Assembly: GCA_963674595.2 (NCBI GenBank)
Contig: CAXXFV010000004.1
Span: 224,001-288,000, forward strand
Length of the DNA: 64,000 bases
Reading direction: 5' to 3'
Origin: a bacterium
Lineage (GTDB): Bacteria > Zhuqueibacterota > Zhuqueibacteria > Residuimicrobiales > Krinioviventaceae
The first letter of the stretch is position 1. Each line of letters starts with the position of its first letter. Positions 1-8,797 of this stretch are shown here, in pieces. The position numbers and the translations under genes are program-made. The notes under the pieces were generated by a model, which saw only the letters and a list, made by a program, of their open reading frames with translations, was not told the origin of the DNA and did not search any database.

Positions 1-317
1 GTAATTTCGGCTTTACCGTCATTTTGCCAGGCAGAACCATCCCATGATTTGGATAAAATCTGGGTTTGGTTACCATGGGCATCATAACTGTATTGCTCAA
101 GCTCTGAGTTTACCCATGCATCACCAGTCCAATCTTCAGTCAAAGCTTCTTGTACGTAGCCCATTACATCAACACTGGGCATTTCGGCCTGAAACTCGGC
201 AATTTTGTTTTTTAAGACTTCACTTGGCCTGATCTTGCGCTCAACGCTGTTTGCAGCAAAAATCATAGAGGATACAGTTAATGACAAGAGGACTGTTATT
301 AACAATTTTCTTTTCAC
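1..317 (-). CDS. Secreted Trp/Tyr-repeat protein (DUF3836-like), N-terminal part; runs off the left window edge
   Basis: Not in the ORF track. GTG at 317 preceded by AGGAG; open to position 1. Translation MKRKLLITVLLSLTVSSMIFAANS...EDWTGDAWVNSELEQYSYDAHGNQTQILSKSWDGSAWQND shows a signal peptide and the same W-x-G-x-x-W...Y-x-Y-D repeat as 1369..2766. Confidence 0.75.
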   Translation of the reverse strand, partial: MKRKLLITVLLSLTVSSMIFAANSVERKIRPSEVLKNKIAEFQAEMPSVDVMGYVQEALTEDWTGDAWVNSELEQYSYDAHGNQTQILSKSWDGSAWQNDGKAEI

Positions 318-430
318 GTTTCTCTCCTATTTAGATTTATTAGACTAACTTGTGTCAGATATTCCAATCGATCAAATCAGTGCTTTGAATAAAAAGGTTT
401 TTTATTCTTACCTTATTACTCAAATTGATC

Positions 431-1153
431 TCATTCATCAAAAGCCATACCGGTTTTCCAGATTTTCCAAACATTGCCGACCAGGTCAGGACCGGGTTTT
501 AGGGTCATTTTTCCTGGTTTCCAACCGGAAGGCGTTGCTTCGGAACCCTTACTGTTTCGAACAAGCTGAAACGCCTGTATCTGTCTTAAGGATTCGTTCA
601 CGTTACGTCCAACCGGTGGTGTTAAAACCTCATACCCCTGCACAACACCATCCGGATCAATGATGAACCGGCCTCTTGTTTCCACACCTGCATTCTCATC
701 ATAAATCCCATATACAGTTCCAACCTTACCACCGGCATCAGAAAGCATAGGATATGGAATGCCGCCTGAAACCATTTTTGACAACTCGTGGTCATTCCAC
801 ATTTTATGAACAAACACACTATCGATGCTCATTGACAATACCTGAACACCCAATTTTTGAAATTCTGGAAATTTTTCAGCAACTGCTGATACTTCGGTTG
901 CTCAGACGAATGTAAAATCACCGGGATAAAAACATAATACAACCCATTTGCCAAGATAGTCGGACAATTTAACATTAATAAATTTTCCTTGATGATAGGC
1001 AGGGGCTGAAAAATCCGGAGCTTTTTGACCAACTTTGATCATTTTGGTTACCTCCACAATTGGTTTTTCATTATTTTCAGGTGGGTTAGTAATTGGCTCA
1101 CCAACAGGCCCTCCTGTTGGACGTGCACATCCGGCTTTGATTTCTTCTCCCAT
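431..1153 (-). CDS. prxU: Selenocysteine-containing peroxiredoxin (AhpC/Prx1 type, PrxU-like), 240 aa with Sec at codon 84
   Basis: ORFs 902..1153 and 431..853 share a frame separated only by TGA at 902-904. Read-through gives [21 protein letters not shown], placing UGA at the peroxidatic Cys of FYPxDFTFVCPTE. The C-terminal half has [10 protein letters not shown] and VGRNVNE. Confidence 0.93.
876..901 (-). promoter_or_regulatory. Putative bacterial SECIS element
   Basis: mRNA after UGA reads GCAACCGAAGUA-UCAGC-AGUU-GCUGA: a hairpin starting 12 nt after the UGA with a G/U-containing apical loop. Confidence 0.65.
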
Positions 1154-1322
1154 ACTAAATCTCCCAGGGTTTTATGAAATCAGCAATCAAAAAAATTTAT
1201 ACAGCGAGTCTATTTTTCGCTTAATAATTTAATATAAAGGTTAAAATTCCAATTTTCAACTGATTTTTGAAATTTTACTCTTTATTTAACACTGGATAAA
1301 ATAACCTTTTCCAAACCTTTTG

Positions 1323-1340
1323 TTGTGATACATTTCACAG
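1323..1340. promoter_or_regulatory. Rex/CRP-type palindromic operator upstream of prxU
   Basis: TTGTGATACATTTCACAG: perfect TGTGA-N6-TCACA, with two mismatches to the Rex consensus TTGTGAANNNNTTCACAA. Intergenic. Confidence 0.5.
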
Positions 1341-1368
1341 TTTAAAAAAGAAAAGTCTATCTTTAATT

Positions 1369-2751
1369 TTATTTTAACAATATACACTGCCGTGAAAACA
1401 ATTGATTTGCAACCTGAAGGCGATAAATATATATGCCGCTTGGCATATTTTGTCCGTTATTATCAGTTCCGTTCCAAACATATTTATATAAACCTGAAGA
1501 TAAAAAATCCTGATCAAACAAAGTTTTTATTTCCTGGCCGCTTATATTAAAAATCCGCAAAGAAACCGGATTAGGTGACAATAATTGAAATGAGATTGTA
1601 GTTTGTGGATTAAACGGGTTGGGATAATTTGATAATTCAAATGTTTGCGGTACGTTGGAATCTTTTGTAACAGAAACAGTATGACCATAGGTATAACTTG
1701 TACGCTGAAATTTTTTCCAATCGTTATCAGTAAACTGGTAACAAACCTCATTACTCAGGCAGGCCATCCCGTCATAACAGCATTCTGTTTTTGTGCCGCC
1801 TGCAAGCTGCCATGCACCATCATTCCACAGATATTCCGTAGATTCGATACATTTTCCCTGAGCATTATAATTTTTATTCAAGCTGTCGACATTGGTCCAA
1901 CTATTATCCTGCCATTGCTGCACACATTTTTCCGTTAACCGGGCCATGTCGTTATATTTATAAGTATAATGACGACAGTTGGTCCATTCTCCGTTTTGTT
2001 TTATAAACAACGTTTTATTTACAGGGTCTGAAAAGGTATTCAACTCTGAAACATGTTTTTCCAAATCAACATATTCGCCGTTTACCCATTCCTGAACAAG
2101 TTCTTCCCGCATATTTTCATCATTCATTGAGAACAAGGAACGAAAAGCATTTTGCCATTCTGTCTGACCGGCATACATATAATCAGTCTTCCATTCTACA
2201 AGGAATCCATCTTGATAGCTTATTGTATATTTGGCGCCCAATGTCAATTCACCTGTATCAACGTCAAACTTTACAATAATCCATTCTTTATAGCGGCCAT
2301 CGGGAACGTATTGATATGTTTCCTGCTGTGTAAGGGCCATGGCATCTTTATCAGGTTGATATGTATACAATGACTGCATAATCAGTTTATTTTGATAATT
2401 ATATACGTAAACCTTTTTCTGATCAACCTGCCACTGATCACCGTCCCACTTTTTTATCGTTATTTCTATGGCATTATCATTTGCATCATATTCATACTGT
2501 AACAGCCGTTTTTTCTCCCAATCAACATCATTCCAGATTTCTTCCATGCTTCGCTGCAAATGATTATTAACTGCTTCATTGAGCATAAAATCAAGTTCAC
2601 TTGAATTTTCCGATAAATGACCCGACCGTAGTGTGTTATCATTTGAATTAATTAAATCTGTTAAATCAGGTCGATTTTGACCGGAAAAAACAAAACCACA
2701 TAAAGACAAAAGTAACAAAATTGACCATTTGCAGGTTTTGTATGAGTACAT
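1369..2751 (-). CDS. Secreted Trp/Tyr-repeat (DUF3836-like) protein with T9SS type-A/FlgD-Ig C-terminal domain
   Basis: Signal peptide; repeats such as WNDVDW...YEYD and WDGDQW...YVYN; C-terminal NYPNPFNPQT...WNGTDNNG...SGIYIYRL. ATG at 2751 has a GGAGG RBS (the ORF track starts at 2766). Confidence 0.8.
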   Translation of the reverse strand: MYSYKTCKWSILLLLSLCGFVFSGQNRPDLTDLINSNDNTLRSGHLSENSSELDFMLNEAVNNHLQRSMEEIWNDVDWEKKRLLQYEYDANDNAIEITIKKWDGDQWQVDQKKVYVYNYQNKLIMQSLYTYQPDKDAMALTQQETYQYVPDGRYKEWIIVKFDVDTGELTLGAKYTISYQDGFLVEWKTDYMYAGQTEWQNAFRSLFSMNDENMREELVQEWVNGEYVDLEKHVSELNTFSDPVNKTLFIKQNGEWTNCRHYTYKYNDMARLTEKCVQQWQDNSWTNVDSLNKNYNAQGKCIESTEYLWNDGAWQLAGGTKTECCYDGMACLSNEVCYQFTDNDWKKFQRTSYTYGHTVSVTKDSNVPQTFELSNYPNPFNPQTTISFQLLSPNPVSLRIFNISGQEIKTLFDQDFLSSGLYKYVWNGTDNNGQNMPSGIYIYRLQVANQLFSRQCILLK

Positions 2752-2950
2752 GATAATTCCTCCCAAATATAAAAGGCAATCAAATGAAACAGATGTTTAT
2801 CTGTTCAATATGATTAATTTAAAGATCCCTGGATGCAAAATTTATAAAGTCAAACTGGACAGGTGAATCTCCCAACACGCTGTAATTATATAAAAACGTA
2901 TAAAGAAAATAAAAAAAAAGCAACAAAAAATTAATATTTTTAAAAATATT

Positions 2951-3931
2951 TTAAAACCAACTCTTTTCTTTATACCATGCAACAGTCTGTTTAAACCCGT
3001 TTTCAATCGTCATATTCGGCTGAAAGCCGAGCTCCTTATTTGCTTTGAGGTTACTACACAACCAGGAATCCTGTTTCATTTCACGGACTTTATCCCGGTT
3101 TAACAAAGCAGGTTTATCCTTTATTTTTGAAAAAAAAATATTAATCCATGATACAGCATCAAGAAGCAGGAATGGTACAAATAGGGGTAAAAAATATTTA
3201 TCAAGAGACGCTGCCATACACTTGCCAATTTTCATCAAAGTATATTCTTCATCTCCTGACATGTAAAAAATCTCTCCGTTGCCCTTTTCGGAGCCGGAAG
3301 CCAGCAAGAGTCCCTCAACCAAATCAAAAACATGAATCATGCTGAGCCTTTGCCTTCCAAATCCGGGTACGGGGAAAATACCTTTTTGCACGTTTTTAAA
3401 CATGACAAAAATATCTTTATCACGCGGTCCGTATACGGACGGAGGTCTTATTATTGTCACTGGTCTGTATTGACCGTGTTCAATAACGGCTTTTTCCGCT
3501 TCCAGCTTTGATCGCCCGTATAAAGATATGGGATGCGGTACATCCAACTCTGTTCGGGGCTGTCCGCTCAAACTCGGGCCTCCGGCTGCCTGACTAGAAA
3601 CATAGACAAATTTCTGATGTTGAGGTCCATATTTTAAACAAGCATCCAGCAAATTGACGGTTGCCTGACAATTACCGTTAAAATAATCCTGAGGATCTTT
3701 AGCCTTTGTAACACCTCCCAGGTGAAAAACAAGGTCAACATTTTTAACAGCTTTAACTAAAGATTCAGGATGTAATAATTCCCCATAAAAATATTCAATG
3801 TCCAAATCCTTCAACCATGTCAGATCACTTGTTTGGCGAACAAGACACCGAACATTATAGTCCCTCTCTAGACATTTTTCCACCAGGAAACTACCGATAA
3901 ATCCGTTACTTCCTGTTATCAACACCTGCAA
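2951..3931 (-). CDS. NAD-dependent epimerase/dehydratase (extended SDR)
   Basis: ITGSNGFIG Rossmann motif, YGRSK catalytic YxxxK, RPPSVYGP. Confidence 0.9.
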   Translation of the reverse strand: MQVLITGSNGFIGSFLVEKCLERDYNVRCLVRQTSDLTWLKDLDIEYFYGELLHPESLVKAVKNVDLVFHLGGVTKAKDPQDYFNGNCQATVNLLDACLKYGPQHQKFVYVSSQAAGGPSLSGQPRTELDVPHPISLYGRSKLEAEKAVIEHGQYRPVTIIRPPSVYGPRDKDIFVMFKNVQKGIFPVPGFGRQRLSMIHVFDLVEGLLLASGSEKGNGEIFYMSGDEEYTLMKIGKCMAASLDKYFLPLFVPFLLLDAVSWINIFFSKIKDKPALLNRDKVREMKQDSWLCSNLKANKELGFQPNMTIENGFKQTVAWYKEKSWF

Positions 3932-3964
3932 AGCAATTCTCCATTAATCCATACTCATTACATA

Positions 3965-4930
3965 TTACATCTTTTCAGGAAACCAGCCTGTTAAAAAATC
4001 TCTTAAAGAACCCTGATAAACCGCCTTTGCTAAAAATTCAGTACCTTGCTGGTCCCCCCAGGAATAGCTGATAATCAATTCTCCTTTATACTCGCACATA
4101 TCGATATCGGAATTGTTAATATTTCTGGCTTTAACAACGAATTCAATTTGTTGGGGAGTTAAAGATGAATTTGCAATTAATTTATCATCCTGAGAAGCAC
4201 GCAACACCGGATTTAGCGGGCTTTGTTCCCAATTTATCAGGTCCTTTGAACGGACAACACGGGTTTCATATCCCTCTCTGTTCTCCAAATAAAAATTATA
4301 AAAATAACCATCCAGATAACGTAAACAATGCGGCGCACTGTAGCGTTCTTTTGTATAGGTGCACTCCGGCGGCGTCAACTCCCAGTTTCGAAGATCAGTA
4401 GAAACAGCAAATCGGGCGGTAAAACGATTACCGGCAATTTCAGGCGGTTTTCCCACTTCAAACATGAGCACGTATTGGCTGTCCGCTTTACAAAGAGATG
4501 TATTAAACAAACCATATCCCGGTAAAGTCAAAGCATTCCAGGAGGTCCATGTTTTCATATCGGTTGTAACAAACATGTCGATTTTTTCGCCATCCCAAAT
4601 ATCCGTTCCGATAGCGTATAACGAATCACCTTCGACAAAAGCACTGCCTAAATGGTAGCCATGTGCGAACGCGTCAGAAACCTGGCCTGTTTTATAGTCT
4701 ACAAAACGAAAATAGGAATCACCGGTATCATTCTGCTTATATTTCGGACGAACATATTCAAATCGGTAAAGAGTATTTTTAAAAACAACCGGTGTTGCCT
4801 CAACCAGGTCACAATCTATGGTTCCTAACTTTTTAATAAAAGGCCGGCCAAGTTCATCAGTTGGGGGAGTGTTGCTCACACACGATAAAAAAATAACGGT
4901 TAAAGTAAGGAAAATAAAAGTTATTTTCAT
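3965..4930 (-). CDS. Lipoprotein, probable five-bladed beta-propeller glycoside hydrolase-like protein
   Basis: Lipobox FLSC; repeated SxDLxxW blade motifs (STDLRNW, SKDLINW); EATP near the N-terminus. Confidence 0.6.
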   Translation of the reverse strand: MKITFIFLTLTVIFLSCVSNTPPTDELGRPFIKKLGTIDCDLVEATPVVFKNTLYRFEYVRPKYKQNDTGDSYFRFVDYKTGQVSDAFAHGYHLGSAFVEGDSLYAIGTDIWDGEKIDMFVTTDMKTWTSWNALTLPGYGLFNTSLCKADSQYVLMFEVGKPPEIAGNRFTARFAVSTDLRNWELTPPECTYTKERYSAPHCLRYLDGYFYNFYLENREGYETRVVRSKDLINWEQSPLNPVLRASQDDKLIANSSLTPQQIEFVVKARNINNSDIDMCEYKGELIISYSWGDQQGTEFLAKAVYQGSLRDFLTGWFPEKM

Positions 4931-5030
4931 TATGCATCCTCGCCAGATTTAAAACATTTTACATTTTAATAATATTAATTATACGCTGAATTATTGAATT
5001 AATCAAGTACGGATAATCAGCACGGTTTAA

Positions 5031-5065
5031 TAAAAAAGGCAAAGTATTAAATATACTTTGCCTTT
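5031..5065 (-). terminator. Rho-independent terminator after the metallophosphoesterase gene
   Basis: 13-bp perfect stem AAAGGCAAAGTAT/ATACTTTGCCTTT with 5-nt loop, ending in a U run on the minus strand. Confidence 0.75.
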
Positions 5066-5089
5066 AATTACATTGCTAAACCAAAAACT

Positions 5090-7372
5090 TTATTTTAAAT
5101 AAAGCGCCTGTAAAGTTTGCTGCCAAATTGAGGTTTGTAACCGAATGAAATATATACCACTGGCAACCTGTTCACCCTGTTGATCTAAACCGTCCCATTT
5201 TACACTATGTTTCCCGGCAGACAGATCTTGCTGCATAAGGGTTTTTACCAGACGACCGCTAATATCATAAACCGTTACTTTAGTAAAAGACTTTTCAGGA
5301 ACATCAAACTCAATAACAGTGGACCCGTTAAACGGATTTGGATAATTTTGATATAGCTTAAAATCCTTTGGTATCAAATTTTGATTTACATCCTCATCCA
5401 CATCTGTTGTGTTTTTGTCACTCTGTAAATAATCTATAATTTCTCCCTGACGATTTATGGCGCTTAACATCATGGTTTTATCATTCAGATCGACACGTAC
5501 ATAATGATGCTGATTTATCCAAACAGATACATGCTCATAATCATAAGCATGAATACCCTCTTCCAAAGGGGCACCACCACCACCGGCAATAATATAATAA
5601 ACGCCGTTTAAATATCCGCGTTCATAATCGTGAGTATGCCCGTTAAACACCATATCAACCCCATATTGTTCAAAAAGCGGTACAAGGTATGTCTGAACAC
5701 TGGTTTCTCCGGGATACCCGGGCCATCCTTCGCTCCAGGGTGGTTTATGGAAAATAATAACCGTCCACATGGTCTCGCTGCGCATTTCAGATTGCAGGTC
5801 CTGGACCAACCACTCATATTGTGCACTGCCCGGAGAGTAAGGCCAATCTGTATCCAGTGAAATAAAATGTCCGTTACCATAATTAAAAGAATAATATCTT
5901 TCCGTACTATCAGGATTATTATATGGCAAGTTAAATGAGGCAAGATAGGTTTGTGAATGATCGTAAGCATTATCATGATTTCCGATACAGGGAAAAATAG
6001 TCTTGTTCTTTAAAATATCCTTATAAGGTTGATAATAAACAAGATCATACTCTTCACCACGATGCTGATTAACATCACCTGAATGAAGTCCAAAATCACA
6101 ATCAGTTTCCAGTAAAAGTGCCGCTATATCTCTTTGTGCCTCACTGCTGCCGAATCCTTCATAGGGACTGGAATCACTGATAACAAAAAAGCTGACATTT
6201 TCCTCGGAAGAAGGTTTTGCAGAATAAAAGTGTTCGACCTTAGAAAGAGAGTCTCCGTTCCATACTTTATAGAAATATTTTGTATGAGGTTCAAGATTCG
6301 TAATTTTCGCTTTATGTTCGCTCTTTGTCGTCAGGTCTTCAATGACATTCGTACATTCTTTTGTTGTTCCCCAATACAAAACAGAGGGTTGTTGGGTCAA
6401 TGTATTCCATTGTACGATAATTGATGATGTTGTCGGACATTCCACATGCGGATACCGGGCAAAACCATCCAGGCCTTCCGGTTTTTCAATATTATAATAT
6501 AATCCATATTCACCTGTCGGAGGGTGATTTTCATTTAAAACCAGGTCTTCATTAGCTATTGAATTATAATAGCTTCTAACACAAACATAATAAACACCGG
6601 TTACAGAGAAAAGACCTTTTAAACTGGAAAATGTACAATTGACAGTTCCGCTTGGTGTATCAACATTCCCAAGATCATCATTTTCCATAACAATTTGACC
6701 GGAAGCATTGTATAAAGTGATATATGTATCCGTATCCCTGGGATGAAGGTCTAAAATCGGCATTGTACCGATTTCAAAATAATTACCTGCCGTACCTTCT
6801 ATTTTATAATAATCAAAATCATTTGCCGGGTAAATCGCGCCATAAAGGGTATCACCCATTGCAAGTGGCTGAACGCTTCCGGATTCAATTTTTGTATTGT
6901 CCGGTTCATGAATTAAAAGGGAATCCGTTCCACGACCTCCGGCAAATCGAAATTTATACTGCCCGGTCTCGTTGTCTGCTTCAAAAACTCTGGCATAATA
7001 AACACCAGAGTTGTATGGCACATATCCGGATAACCGAAAATTGTTATTTCCATTTCTGCCGGCTACAGAAGATTGTAACAAATTTGTACTGGAAGCCTGA
7101 TTATATAAATTTAAATCAGGCTTCAAACCGGAACTATTTTCGACACTTGTCAGATAATACATTTTATCCAGTTCAAGCTCGATTTTAAAATAATCCTGAT
7201 CTGTTGTTGTATGAAAGGATGCTTCTATTGTCTGCCCAACAGAAACAGGATTTGCAAATAATTTATCATTATTAGGTTCTGTCTCACTCGTTTGAGACTG
7301 TAAAAAGCTTGTAGAAAATAATATAACCGCAAGCACCATCAATTTTCTCATATCCTGGCTCCATGTATACAA
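5090..7372 (-). CDS. Secreted purple acid phosphatase-like metallophosphoesterase with N-terminal PPC-like domains, FN3-like domain and T9SS/FlgD CTD
   Basis: Calcineurin-like motifs ISD, HSGD, GNHD, FHKPP, GHTHDYER; DxDYFK PPC-like repeats; NYPNPFN CTD. Likely start ATG 7351. Confidence 0.85.
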   Translation of the reverse strand: MYTWSQDMRKLMVLAVILFSTSFLQSQTSETEPNNDKLFANPVSVGQTIEASFHTTTDQDYFKIELELDKMYYLTSVENSSGLKPDLNLYNQASSTNLLQSSVAGRNGNNNFRLSGYVPYNSGVYYARVFEADNETGQYKFRFAGGRGTDSLLIHEPDNTKIESGSVQPLAMGDTLYGAIYPANDFDYYKIEGTAGNYFEIGTMPILDLHPRDTDTYITLYNASGQIVMENDDLGNVDTPSGTVNCTFSSLKGLFSVTGVYYVCVRSYYNSIANEDLVLNENHPPTGEYGLYYNIEKPEGLDGFARYPHVECPTTSSIIVQWNTLTQQPSVLYWGTTKECTNVIEDLTTKSEHKAKITNLEPHTKYFYKVWNGDSLSKVEHFYSAKPSSEENVSFFVISDSSPYEGFGSSEAQRDIAALLLETDCDFGLHSGDVNQHRGEEYDLVYYQPYKDILKNKTIFPCIGNHDNAYDHSQTYLASFNLPYNNPDSTERYYSFNYGNGHFISLDTDWPYSPGSAQYEWLVQDLQSEMRSETMWTVIIFHKPPWSEGWPGYPGETSVQTYLVPLFEQYGVDMVFNGHTHDYERGYLNGVYYIIAGGGGAPLEEGIHAYDYEHVSVWINQHHYVRVDLNDKTMMLSAINRQGEIIDYLQSDKNTTDVDEDVNQNLIPKDFKLYQNYPNPFNGSTVIEFDVPEKSFTKVTVYDISGRLVKTLMQQDLSAGKHSVKWDGLDQQGEQVASGIYFIRLQTSIWQQTLQALYLK

Positions 7373-7420
7373 TTTTTAAAAATATCACGATATAGTCAAA
7401 TAAACACTATTAATACAATA

Positions 7421-8782
7421 TTATTCCACAAGCTCCAAAACTAAAGTAGCCGGTAAATCATTTGTTTTTATATTTATCTGAACAGTATCTCCTTTTTCAT
7501 TCAACGTTAACATTTTATCTTTGTTTTCCAAAGAATAAGCTGTAGTTATAGTATTTTTGCTCACCGGTATGGTTATTATGTTATTTTTCGGACTTTTAAA
7601 AACATGAACATAAAGCTTGTTTCCTTTTTTTGTATACCGGCCCCATTCGGGTTTTTCAAACGGGCTTGCCTGGGTTGCATAAACTGATTCACCATTTACT
7701 GCCATCCATTCACCGATCTGCTGCAGTCTTTCAATACTGGCCTGCGGGATTAATCCTTCAGATGTCGGACCGACATTCAGTAGATAATTTCCTCCCTTGG
7801 AGGCAATGTCTACAAGATTTTCTAAAAGTGTTTTTGTCGACTTCCAATTTTCATCAAAATATTTGAATCCCCAGGTATCATTCATTGTCATACAGCTTTC
7901 CCAGTCCATACCGGGAATACCCGTATCCGGAATTTCCTGTTCGGGCGTTCCAAAATCACCTGCGTACTCGCTACTTTTACTCAAGCCCGCCATACCGTCG
8001 CGTCCTTTTCCAACTCTGTTGTTGATAATAATATCCGGTTTTAAAGAACGAACATAATTATACAAGTCTTTTCCATCCTCTTCAGTCCACCAGTCTACCC
8101 ATTCACCATCAAACCATAAAACGGCCGGATCGTAATTTGTAACCAGTTCAGCAAGCTGTGCCTTTAAATAGGTGACATATTCCTGTTTTTTACCCTCTTT
8201 CATCTTGTTACTGCCATAGCCCTCAGGTCTGTGAGCTTCTTCAGGGTCCACCCATTGGGCCGGATGGTGCCAGTCCAAAATAGAATGATAAACACAAAAT
8301 TTAAGGCCCTGTTTTTTACACTCCCGGCTTAATGGCGCCAATAAATCTTTGCCATAGGGTGTGGAATCAACAACATCAAAATCAGATACTTTGGAATCCC
8401 ACAATGCAAAACCATCATGATGTTTTGATGTTATGACAATATATTTCATACCGGCATTTTTTGCCAGCTTGACCCATTCTTCTGCATTAAATTTTACCGG
8501 ATTAAAATCCTTGGCAAATTTTTCATACTCATCTCCGGGAATATTTAAATGGGCACGTATCCATTCACCAATCCCCTCATCTCTTTGGCCGTTATATTCA
8601 CCAGCCGGAACGGAATAAATTCCCCAATGAATAAACATGCCAAAACGTGCATCTCTCCACCACTGCATTCGCTGGTCCCGTTGTTCTTTTGTTTCATTTA
8701 AATAATTGACTTTAGTGTTCTTGGCACATGAGATAAAAAGTGAACTTGTAAAAAACATTAAAATAAACATAACTCGAAACAT
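7421..8782 (-). CDS. Alpha-L-fucosidase (GH29)
   Basis: [27 protein letters not shown] nucleophile region, [23 protein letters not shown]. Confidence 0.95.
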   Translation of the reverse strand: MFRVMFILMFFTSSLFISCAKNTKVNYLNETKEQRDQRMQWWRDARFGMFIHWGIYSVPAGEYNGQRDEGIGEWIRAHLNIPGDEYEKFAKDFNPVKFNAEEWVKLAKNAGMKYIVITSKHHDGFALWDSKVSDFDVVDSTPYGKDLLAPLSRECKKQGLKFCVYHSILDWHHPAQWVDPEEAHRPEGYGSNKMKEGKKQEYVTYLKAQLAELVTNYDPAVLWFDGEWVDWWTEEDGKDLYNYVRSLKPDIIINNRVGKGRDGMAGLSKSSEYAGDFGTPEQEIPDTGIPGMDWESCMTMNDTWGFKYFDENWKSTKTLLENLVDIASKGGNYLLNVGPTSEGLIPQASIERLQQIGEWMAVNGESVYATQASPFEKPEWGRYTKKGNKLYVHVFKSPKNNIITIPVSKNTITTAYSLENKDKMLTLNEKGDTVQINIKTNDLPATLVLELVE

Positions 8783-8797
8783 AGGGCCTCCTAAGGG

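Noticed and set aside
387-407. Inverted repeat GAATAAAAA-GGT-TTTTTATTC after prxU
   Set aside because: Almost entirely A/T, so a weak stem; cannot be supported as a terminator or operator.
431-853. Separate 140-aa and 83-aa peroxiredoxin fragments, or a pseudogene
   Set aside because: Same frame, UGA at the catalytic position and a SECIS-like hairpin: better explained as one selenoprotein.
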